Positions 1 to 8,146 of a DNA stretch of 29,600 nt are shown here, piece after piece; the first letter of the stretch is position 1, and every line of letters begins with the position of its first letter. The notes beneath the pieces were generated by a model. It did no database searches. It saw nothing but the letters and a program-made list of their open reading frames with translations, and was not told the DNA's origin. This DNA comes from a virus (Duplodnaviria > Caudoviricetes), in IMG/VR virus record IMGVR_UViG_3300032329_000082, positions 1-29,600 of that record; one strand, 5' to 3'. The position numbers and the translations under genes were made by a program.

Positions 1-447
1 AATATGAGGTACCGTGCTTGCAAGGAAGCAGGCATAAAAGAAATACCGGTAATTGTTACTGATTTATCAGAGGACAAACAAAGAGAATTTTTAATCAAGG
101 ATAATACGAGCGGAGGCGAATGGGATTGGGATATGTTAGCCAACGAATGGGATACTGATGAACTTGAAGCCTGGGGATTAGATTTACCAATTGATGCAAA
201 AATTGATAATTTAAAAGAAGGAGAAGATTTAGTATTAGAAAAATCTTTACAAGTTTTACCAAAAAAAGAATATATTTTAATTATGGCAGATGAAGATTCA
301 GAAGAATGGGACGAATTAAAAACATTATTTAAATGCAAATTAGTAAGACAAGGAGGGTGCCGAATTGGAAGTACATCAGATAAAGTAACAAGTGGATTGG
401 AAAGAGTATTTGATTTAAAAACATTTAAAAATCGTGTCGGAATTTAA
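1..447 (+). CDS. ParB/Srx-like domain protein, C-terminal part (5' part at 29478..29600)
   Basis: Frame is open from base 1: NMRYRACKEAGIKEIPVIV...REFLIKDN..GGEWDWDMLANEW, the second half of a ParB-N domain (G[NH]xR motif). Confidence 0.85.
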   Translation, partial: NMRYRACKEAGIKEIPVIVTDLSEDKQREFLIKDNTSGGEWDWDMLANEWDTDELEAWGLDLPIDAKIDNLKEGEDLVLEKSLQVLPKKEYILIMADEDSEEWDELKTLFKCKLVRQGGCRIGSTSDKVTSGLERVFDLKTFKNRVGI

Positions 448-1156
448 AATTTGCATACCAAGTAAGGGACGTGCTGGATTAATTACTTCAATTGGTATAT
501 TTAAATCAGCAGAATTATACGTTCCTTCAAGCGAAGTGAGTCAATATAAAATTTATAAAAATAAAATAATTGCAGTTCCAGATGAAATAAAAGGAATTAC
601 TAAAACACGAAATTGGATTTTAAAAAATAATAATTGTAACATATTTTTTTTAGATGATGATTTGCAGTATGGTGGGTATGTTGAAAGAAATTCTGAATCT
701 TATAAAGTAAAAAGGATAACGGAAGAACAAATATATTTAAAAGAGATAAAAAAACTATTTGAAATTGCATATCAAACAAATAGTAAAATATTTGGATTGT
801 TTACCGTAGGAAATAATTTAACAAATTACTCATATTCACCTTTTTTATTTATTGGTGTTTGTCTTGGAAGTTGCATGGGAATTATAAACGATGGGACTTA
901 TTATTTTAACGAAGAATATGAAGTAAAAGAAGACTACGAATTAACTTTACGGCATATTACAGAACGAGGATTAAGTGTAAGGTCAAATATTTTATTTATG
1001 CAACATGAACATACGCAAACTAATGGAGGATGTAGAGATTCAAAAAGAATAGACAAAGAAAAGGAAGCCATAAAAAAATTAATTAAAGAATATCCAGGAA
1101 TGATAAAAGAAGCAAAACACAGAGGAACTTCATTTAGTATACAATTAAATTTATAA
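434..1156 (+). CDS. GT-A fold glycosyltransferase, TAGT/GREB1-like
   Basis: N-terminal ICIPSKGRA, GITKTRNWIL, DxD-type FFLDDD, KEDYELTLR and C-terminal TNGGC. Lies between ParB-like and TerS. Confidence 0.75.
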   Translation: MSEFKICIPSKGRAGLITSIGIFKSAELYVPSSEVSQYKIYKNKIIAVPDEIKGITKTRNWILKNNNCNIFFLDDDLQYGGYVERNSESYKVKRITEEQIYLKEIKKLFEIAYQTNSKIFGLFTVGNNLTNYSYSPFLFIGVCLGSCMGIINDGTYYFNEEYEVKEDYELTLRHITERGLSVRSNILFMQHEHTQTNGGCRDSKRIDKEKEAIKKLIKEYPGMIKEAKHRGTSFSIQLNL

Positions 1157-1158
1157 AA

Positions 1159-1530
1159 ATGGCCTATAAAACTGACGATTTATTGAAGCAATCATTGGCA
1201 GCAATTGAAAAGCATAAGTTATTTTTTATTGAGGATATAGTGGCTTATTTACCTTGCTCAAAGGAAACATTTTACCAGCATAAACTGCACGAATCTGACG
1301 CATTAAAATCTGCTTTATTAAAAGTCAAAACCGAAATTAAAGTTTCAATGCGATCTAAATGGTACAAGTCAGAAAATCCAACTTTACAAATGGGATTAAT
1401 GAAACTTATTGCATCGCCAGAGGAATTGAAACAGTTATCAATGACACACGTTGAAAGTACAAACACGCACGAAGTAAAAGATTTTAATCTAAGCGATTTG
1501 GTAAAATTCAAGAATGATTCTTCTAAATGA
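1159..1530 (+). CDS. Putative terminase small subunit
   Basis: 123 aa with HTH-like IEDIVAYLPCSKETFY; overlaps the start of TerL. Confidence 0.65.
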   Translation: MAYKTDDLLKQSLAAIEKHKLFFIEDIVAYLPCSKETFYQHKLHESDALKSALLKVKTEIKVSMRSKWYKSENPTLQMGLMKLIASPEELKQLSMTHVESTNTHEVKDFNLSDLVKFKNDSSK

Positions 1531-2716
1531 TAAGTGGAAAGCATTATTTAATGATACTCGATATTTTATAATTTCGGGAGGTCGTGGCTCATCAAAATCG
1601 TTCGGGGTAGGAACGTTTATAAGTCTTTTATCATTTGAAAAGGGCCACAAGATTTTATTTACAAGACAGACAATGACGTCGGCCCATTTGTCAATCATTC
1701 CCGAATTTCAGCAAAAAATTGAGTTACTCGAATCAGAAGATAAATTTGAAATAACAAAAACTGATATAATAAATAAGCTATCAGGAAGCGAGATAATATT
1801 TAGGGGTTTAAAGACATCGTCAGGCGATCAAACGGCAAATTTAAAGTCGTTACAAGGTGTAACGGATTGGGTGCTTGAGGAGGCGGAGGAATTGACGGAC
1901 GAGGCAACATTTGATAAGATTAACTTATCGGTTAGACAAAAGGGAGTTCAGAATAGAATTATTATTATTTTTAATCCGACAACAAAAGAACATTGGATTT
2001 ATAAACGATTCTTTGAACAAGCTGGTGTCGAAGGTGGATTCAATGGAGTAAAAGGAAACACAACTTACATTCATACAACCTACAAAGATAATATTGAGCA
2101 TTTAGATCAATCATTCTTAGATGAGGTACAAAGGATTAAAGAAACCAATCCTAAAAAATATCAACACGCAATATTAGGGGGATGGTTGGACAAAGCGGAA
2201 GGGGTTGTGTTTACAAATTGGCAGTTTGGGCCATTCAATCCAAATGGATTACAAACATCATTTGGAATGGACTTTGGATTTTCCATTGATCCAGATGCGT
2301 TGACGGAAGTGGCAATTGACAAGACCAAGAAAATAATCTACATCAAAGAGGTGATTTATGAACGTGGTTTGAAAACTCACGTTTTAGCTAAGTTGATGAA
2401 AGACAAAGTTGGGGGCGGTTTGATTATTGCAGATTCAGCAGAGCCAAGATTGATAGATGATTTAAAGTACCAGGGAATAAATATTCAGCCGGTTAAAAAA
2501 GGTACAATTGAATCGGGAATAATAAGGATGCAAGACTATCAAATTATTCTTGATCCGCAATCGACCAATTTAGCAAAGGAGTTCAATAATTATTGCTATT
2601 TAAATAAGGCAAGTAAGCTATACATTGACGACTGGAATCACGGAATTGATTCGGCCCGCTACAATATTATTTATCACTTAGATAATCCAAACCAAGGCAA
2701 TTATCACATTTATTAA
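1514..2716 (+). CDS. terL: Terminase large subunit (PBSX/SPP1-like)
   Basis: Walker A GGRGSSKS, Walker B WVLEEAEE, FNP coupling motif, nuclease motifs GMDFGFSIDP, ADSAEP and DDWNHGIDSARY. Confidence 0.95.
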   Translation: MILLNDKWKALFNDTRYFIISGGRGSSKSFGVGTFISLLSFEKGHKILFTRQTMTSAHLSIIPEFQQKIELLESEDKFEITKTDIINKLSGSEIIFRGLKTSSGDQTANLKSLQGVTDWVLEEAEELTDEATFDKINLSVRQKGVQNRIIIIFNPTTKEHWIYKRFFEQAGVEGGFNGVKGNTTYIHTTYKDNIEHLDQSFLDEVQRIKETNPKKYQHAILGGWLDKAEGVVFTNWQFGPFNPNGLQTSFGMDFGFSIDPDALTEVAIDKTKKIIYIKEVIYERGLKTHVLAKLMKDKVGGGLIIADSAEPRLIDDLKYQGINIQPVKKGTIESGIIRMQDYQIILDPQSTNLAKEFNNYCYLNKASKLYIDDWNHGIDSARYNIIYHLDNPNQGNYHIY

Positions 2717-2717
2717 G

Positions 2718-2747
2718 ACGAAATATTAACAAATTTGTTTATACCAT
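2718..2747 (+). promoter_or_regulatory. Putative late promoter 1 (ACGAAA-N13-GTTTA-N6-ATG)
   Basis: Same motif and spacing to the ATG as at 12055 and 15075; heads the tail block. Confidence 0.55.
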
Positions 2748-3431
2748 ATGAAAGTAAAAATTTCAATTCCGACAGATTTAAGTGAGATTAAATTAAGTCA
2801 GTACCAAAAGTTCTTAAAGATTGTAAAGGAAAACGAGGAATCTGATTTCTTAAATCATAAAATGATTCAAATCTTTTGCAATATTGATTTGAACGTAGTT
2901 GATGCAATGAAGCAAAAGGATGTAGAGGACGCAGTAAATACGATTGGAAGTTTATTTAAGCAATTGCCTCCGCTATCTCAAAAGTTTGAATTGAACGGAA
3001 CGACATTTGGATTTATTCCGAACTTGGATGATATGTCTGCTGGGGAATATATGGATTTAGATAATTATGCAATCAATTGGGATGAGATGCACAAGGCGAT
3101 GGCGGTATTATATCGACCAATAAAGCAGAAGTTAGGAGATAAGTATTTGATTGAAGATTATGAGGGAACGGACAAGTATTCCGAACTAATGAAGGATGCA
3201 CCTTTAAACGTAGTTATTGGGGCGATGGTTTTTTTTTGGCATTTAGGGAAAGAATTATTGCAAAGTACGATTCATTATTTGGAGCAGAGCCCGGCAATAG
3301 TTTCGATGAACAAAGCCAATTTGGAAAGCGGTGGGGTTGGTATTCTTCAATCTATGGACTTGCTCAAGGAGATGTTAGACGATTCGATGAAGTCACTAAA
3401 CTTTCCATTAATCAATGCCTTACCTTCCTAA
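2748..3431 (+). CDS. Putative tail assembly chaperone (gpG-like, 0-frame product)
   Basis: Contains a T9 slippery run at 3229-3237 with a long overlapping -1 frame ORF; first gene of the tail block. Confidence 0.55.
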   Translation: MKVKISIPTDLSEIKLSQYQKFLKIVKENEESDFLNHKMIQIFCNIDLNVVDAMKQKDVEDAVNTIGSLFKQLPPLSQKFELNGTTFGFIPNLDDMSAGEYMDLDNYAINWDEMHKAMAVLYRPIKQKLGDKYLIEDYEGTDKYSELMKDAPLNVVIGAMVFFWHLGKELLQSTIHYLEQSPAIVSMNKANLESGGVGILQSMDLLKEMLDDSMKSLNFPLINALPS

Positions 3432-3490
3432 CATTTGAGAAACAAAAAAATGATTTGGAAATGAAGATGATAAAACAAAATAGACAATGA
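3236..3490 (+). CDS. -1 frame extension (gpT-like), probably expressed by frameshift from 2748
   Basis: No ATG; begins at the end of the T run (LAFRERIIAKYDSLF...FGKRWGWY) and its stop overlaps the next start (ATGA). Confidence 0.6.
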   Translation: MAFRERIIAKYDSLFGAEPGNSFDEQSQFGKRWGWYSSIYGLAQGDVRRFDEVTKLSINQCLTFLTFEKQKNDLEMKMIKQNRQ

Positions 3491-3942
3491 ACGGATTTTA
3501 CTACGCAGTAGGTACACTTAGGGATTATTTAAAAGCAAATGGCTTTATAAATACGGTCAGCACTGGGGACATTTATGATGTTGATTTGGCTAAACAAACC
3601 ATCTATCCTTATTGCCATATTATTGTCAACAATGCTACTCCAAAAGAGAATAATTTGTCGTTTAATATTTCGGTATTGTTTATGGACTTGGTTGATTTAT
3701 CTAAGGCCGATAATATAAACGTATTTGATAACAATGATAATTTACTTGATGTCTTAAATACTCAATTAACCTTAGCTAATAGAATGATTTCAGATTTACG
3801 AAGGGGAACTTTATATTCTAATTTAGTTCAACTCGATGGCGATGCACTTTGCGAACCATTCACTGATCGTTTTGATAATAAGGTCGCAGGTTGGGCCGTT
3901 ACTTTTGATTTAATTGTGCCAAACGATATGACAATCTGCTAA
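3487..3942 (+). CDS. Putative tail terminator/completion protein
   Basis: 151 aa acidic protein (YPYCHI, EPFTDRFDNKVAGW) in the tail block; call rests on size and context. Confidence 0.5.
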   Translation: MNGFYYAVGTLRDYLKANGFINTVSTGDIYDVDLAKQTIYPYCHIIVNNATPKENNLSFNISVLFMDLVDLSKADNINVFDNNDNLLDVLNTQLTLANRMISDLRRGTLYSNLVQLDGDALCEPFTDRFDNKVAGWAVTFDLIVPNDMTIC

Positions 3943-4475
3943 TGAATCAGTTAAAGGAAACGTATGCGGTAATTAAAAAGTATAGGGATTATGTGATTCA
4001 GCAATCACGTTCGAACTTATCTAAGGGCCGTAAAAATGTTTCTAAGGAGCTTTACAATTCATTAAAAGGCGAGATAGTCCAAGAAGATAATTACGCAATC
4101 GTTGGGTTTAGAATGGCCGAATATGGGCAGTACCAAGACCAAGGGGTAAAAGGAAAATTCAAGTCAGCAAAGGCTCCAAATAGCCCGTTTAAATTTGGAA
4201 GCGGTACCGGTAAACCTGGTGGATTATCGGAAGGGATTAACAAATGGGTTAAGCAAAAGAAAATACAATTTAGAGATAAGAAAACGGGTAAATTTATTTC
4301 TTATCAATCAACGGCATTTATAATTAGTCGAAGTATTTATATGACGGGAATGAAGCCAAGTTTATTTTTCACAAAGCCATTTGAGGCTGGGTACAAAAAA
4401 TACATTGAAACTGATTTAGCGAATGCCTTGGGTATTGATTTGGATACGATAATAGACTACAATTTAAAAAGATAA
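3942..4475 (+). CDS. Putative tail completion/neck protein (HK97 gp10-like)
   Basis: Basic 177 aa protein with LYNSL, YGQYQDQGV and GMKPSLFFTKP segments resembling this family. Confidence 0.45.
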   Translation: MNQLKETYAVIKKYRDYVIQQSRSNLSKGRKNVSKELYNSLKGEIVQEDNYAIVGFRMAEYGQYQDQGVKGKFKSAKAPNSPFKFGSGTGKPGGLSEGINKWVKQKKIQFRDKKTGKFISYQSTAFIISRSIYMTGMKPSLFFTKPFEAGYKKYIETDLANALGIDLDTIIDYNLKR

Positions 4476-5593
4476 TGAAAACGATAAACGCACGAAGTCC
4501 GTATTTTATTACGATTACTGGAAGCACAAATACGACTTTGCAATTATTCTTATGGAACGGATCTACCGAACCGGTATCGCATACTTATTCGTTTACTAAA
4601 GCGGCACCATCGGCAACACAAACCGAATCGAATTATGACATTAGTCCATATTTAAGGGAGTACATAGAAAATATTAATCCAATTTATGATCCAACGCCAG
4701 CAACGGAATCAAGCACATCATTTGTAAACTTTAAAACGGTTGCATTTAGCAATGGAACAAATAAGACAAGTGCATTTAAAGCCCGAGTAATTGCAGATTC
4801 AGGAACCTATGAAGCTGATAATTGTCTTGGTTCATTTATTGGCGATTATCTTTTAGGTGTTGGGGTAGATGGTTATAATAATTATATGGGTGGATACAAT
4901 CAAGGAAGTACGGCCGACATCGTGGCCTTAGCAGATACAAGCAAAGTAATAACCTACCTTGAAAATACGGATAACAAATATGTTAACTTAATCATTAACC
5001 ATACGGGTACAAATGTCACGGCTGATTATGTTACGTCCGTAGGAACGACAAGCGTTACAATATTATCGGCCTCCGCAACAAAAAAGGTTTATAATATGAA
5101 AGTTCCATTGAAGTTGGTCGGATTTACATCCTCAAACGTGTTAAATATCAAAAGCAATGGAACGACGATTTACACTTTTAATGTGGCACCGGTATGTGAG
5201 CCGAAATATACTCCAGTAAATTGTCAGTTTATTAATCGTTATGGTGGTTGGCAGTTCTTAACATTTTTCAAGGCCCAGGCGAGTTCAATAATGATTGAAA
5301 AGACAAAGCATAATCTTTTACCTGATTTTGTTAATTATAACGCAAAACGTGGGCAATCTAAGTCATTTAATATTAATGGCTCGCAAAAAATTACCTTAAA
5401 TACGGGTTTTGTCGATCCGAATTATTCCGATTTGATTCAAGATTTATTAATGTCTAATACAGTTTTATTGGATAATGTGCCGGTTCTTGTTTCATCAATT
5501 CAAAGCGACATTAAAACATCGTTAAAAGATAAAAATATCAATTACGAAATTGAATTTGAGTACGCATTTAACTTAAAAAATACGGTAATTTAA
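4475..5593 (+). CDS. Minor tail / tail-tip structural protein
   Basis: T/S/N-rich beta protein with C-terminal FINRYGGWQ...ITLNTGF; translationally coupled (TAATG) on both sides. Confidence 0.55.
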   Translation: MKTINARSPYFITITGSTNTTLQLFLWNGSTEPVSHTYSFTKAAPSATQTESNYDISPYLREYIENINPIYDPTPATESSTSFVNFKTVAFSNGTNKTSAFKARVIADSGTYEADNCLGSFIGDYLLGVGVDGYNNYMGGYNQGSTADIVALADTSKVITYLENTDNKYVNLIINHTGTNVTADYVTSVGTTSVTILSASATKKVYNMKVPLKLVGFTSSNVLNIKSNGTTIYTFNVAPVCEPKYTPVNCQFINRYGGWQFLTFFKAQASSIMIEKTKHNLLPDFVNYNAKRGQSKSFNINGSQKITLNTGFVDPNYSDLIQDLLMSNTVLLDNVPVLVSSIQSDIKTSLKDKNINYEIEFEYAFNLKNTVI

Positions 5594-8145
5594 TGATAAT
5601 TGCAGCGATTTATATCTTTGTTGATGGCCTTTATAAGAGGATTGAATTATTTAACGATGAAAAAATCAGCGTTACAAGTTCAATTCAAAATATCAATGAT
5701 ATTTCAAAGGTATTCACGGACTATTCGCAGTCGTTTACGGTTCCAGCAAACAAACATAATAACGAAATATTCAAGCATTGGTACGAAAATTCGATTGATA
5801 ATGGCTTTGATGCAAGAACAAGAAAGCCGGCATACATCGAAATAAATTCGGCATTATTCAGAAGCGGAAAAATTCAATTAGAAAAAGCCCAATTTAAAAA
5901 TAATCAGATTGATAATTATCAAATCACGTTTTTTGGTAGTTTACTTTCTTTGAAAGATTTATTTGGAGGCAAGTTCCTTCGTGACTTTGACTATTCGGCT
6001 TACAATTTTACTTATACCGGTGCCGTTGTAAAAAATCGAGTTACTGATGCAGTTACAAACGATGTAAAATTCCCTTTAATTACATCTTATAATAATTGGA
6101 CTTATAACACGAATGGAAAAATAAAAGAGGATTGGGATATTACAAAAAACGCGCATCCTATTTATCATACGGATTTATTCCCAGCGATGAGGGTAAGTAA
6201 GATAGTGGATTCTATTGCGTCGGGTTTAGATATTACAATTCAAGGTAATTCAAGTAATAATTTTTTAGATGATGCAAGGTATAAAAATGCATTTCTTTGG
6301 TTAAAGAATACGGATGCTTTTACATTGAAACAAACACCACAACGAATTAATTTTCAAACCAATACCAGTACGGTAGGAACGCAAGGTATTTTTGTTGTAG
6401 GTGGTTCAAATCCTGATCACTTGGATTATGTGAAGCCCGAAAGTCCAGCATACCTAAGTAAATCAAACATCAAACTAACTTTTACGACATCGGGAACTGA
6501 ATTTTATTTATACGTTTATAAAAATGGAATTAAACTAAGCGAGCAAAGTTATTTAACGCAGACAAGTCAAATGACATTGTCCGCACCTTTGGAAGATTCA
6601 GGGGTTTACACTTTTTACGTTTCGTCTGCCTCAGCAGTTACTTACACATCGGTTTATGAATTTGAAACAAGGGATTCGATAACAACAAATATTGTAAGCG
6701 ATGTAACGTGTACCGGAACAAGTCAGACAACCACAATCACTTTAAACGTGGCCGATTACATGCCCGATATTAAGGCAGAAGATTTCTTTTCAGGAATTTT
6801 AAAGATGTTTAATTTAACTTGTTTTTCGGTTTCTGATGGAGTTTACCAAATAGAACAGATTGAAAATTGGTATTCAAACGGAACGGTTAGGGATGTTTCA
6901 AAGTACGTTATTAGTGATGAAATAAATATTGAACGAGTAAAGCCATACAAGGCAATCACATTTCAATACGAGAAATGCGAGAATATTTTGGCAACGGAAT
7001 ACCTTTCACGATCTGCGGTTCCTTATGGGGATTTGAAATATACATTAAACAACGATGGCGAGGAGTTCGAGGTTAGTTTGCCATTTGAAAATATGCCATT
7101 CCAGAAATTTAGCGGAACAACTTTGCAGGTTGGCTATTCTTTAAAACACGATCTAAATCAATACATTCCTAAACCCGTAATTCTTTATGATTACAATACG
7201 ATTCAAAGTTGCGATTTTCATTTTAACGATGGGAGTTCTACTTCTAATGTAACTACCTATAATCTTTTTGGACAAGATACATTGATAAGCGGTCAAGTAA
7301 ATACAATTAATTTCGGGGCCCAACAAAGTACGTTCACGGATGCAATTGAAACACGTTCGTTATTTAATAATTATTACCTTAATTACTTAGCCAATATCTT
7401 CACGGACAAAGCAAGAATATTAAAACTAAAGGCCGTTTTTCCAATTAGTTTACTGAATGCCTTAAAGCTAAATGACCGTTTAATCATTCGAGATAAAAGG
7501 TATGTGATTAATCAGTTTACAACGGATTTGACTACTGGGGAAGTGGATTTGGAATTGCTTAATGATTTTCGTGTTGCTTCGACTATTCCTGATCCAATAA
7601 ATTACTATTCATTTGCAGTTTCAAATAACAATTCTGCAAACTACACGAGTGCTTGTGCTGAATCGACCTATCCTATATTAATCTACGGAACAAATCCAAC
7701 ATTTGAAAGTAATACGACATTTTACACAAGTGTCGGTGCCTTATTCAATGGTGGTAATTACTATTTTAAAACAAGTCTAAATAAATATGTTCAAATTAAT
7801 ACTGTTGGTATTGCTTCTAATTTTGGTTCTTGTGGATCGGCACCAACCCCGACTTTAAATTCATTTAGTGTCACGAATGCAAGTTCAGCTTCATCGGTGG
7901 AGGCTTGTCCAATTACTGATTATTCATTGACCTTATACGGAGAAGCAACACCATTGTACACGAATGTCGTGGTTTACGGAAACAATACCGGAACGCTTAT
8001 TCCTTTTGCTGGCAATAATTACGTTTACCATTGTAACGATGGAACGTGGGTACAAATTAATTCAAGCGGAGTTATAACAACCTGGGGAACTTGTTCATTT
8101 ATTCCGCCAGCGATTGAAACATTTACATTCTATACTTTAAAATAA
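5593..8145 (+). CDS. Tail-tip/baseplate hub-like protein with C-terminal repeated beta modules
   Basis: 850 aa with N-terminal DYSQSFTVPA..NNEIFKH and two ~80 aa Cys-bracketed repeats at 7606-8094. Confidence 0.6.
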   Translation: MIIAAIYIFVDGLYKRIELFNDEKISVTSSIQNINDISKVFTDYSQSFTVPANKHNNEIFKHWYENSIDNGFDARTRKPAYIEINSALFRSGKIQLEKAQFKNNQIDNYQITFFGSLLSLKDLFGGKFLRDFDYSAYNFTYTGAVVKNRVTDAVTNDVKFPLITSYNNWTYNTNGKIKEDWDITKNAHPIYHTDLFPAMRVSKIVDSIASGLDITIQGNSSNNFLDDARYKNAFLWLKNTDAFTLKQTPQRINFQTNTSTVGTQGIFVVGGSNPDHLDYVKPESPAYLSKSNIKLTFTTSGTEFYLYVYKNGIKLSEQSYLTQTSQMTLSAPLEDSGVYTFYVSSASAVTYTSVYEFETRDSITTNIVSDVTCTGTSQTTTITLNVADYMPDIKAEDFFSGILKMFNLTCFSVSDGVYQIEQIENWYSNGTVRDVSKYVISDEINIERVKPYKAITFQYEKCENILATEYLSRSAVPYGDLKYTLNNDGEEFEVSLPFENMPFQKFSGTTLQVGYSLKHDLNQYIPKPVILYDYNTIQSCDFHFNDGSSTSNVTTYNLFGQDTLISGQVNTINFGAQQSTFTDAIETRSLFNNYYLNYLANIFTDKARILKLKAVFPISLLNALKLNDRLIIRDKRYVINQFTTDLTTGEVDLELLNDFRVASTIPDPINYYSFAVSNNNSANYTSACAESTYPILIYGTNPTFESNTTFYTSVGALFNGGNYYFKTSLNKYVQINTVGIASNFGSCGSAPTPTLNSFSVTNASSASSVEACPITDYSLTLYGEATPLYTNVVVYGNNTGTLIPFAGNNYVYHCNDGTWVQINSSGVITTWGTCSFIPPAIETFTFYTLK

Positions 8146-8146
8146 T

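Noticed and set aside
1-447. ParB as part of a ParABS partition system
   Set aside because: No ParA, no HTH and no parS seen; context fits the terminase/modification-associated type.
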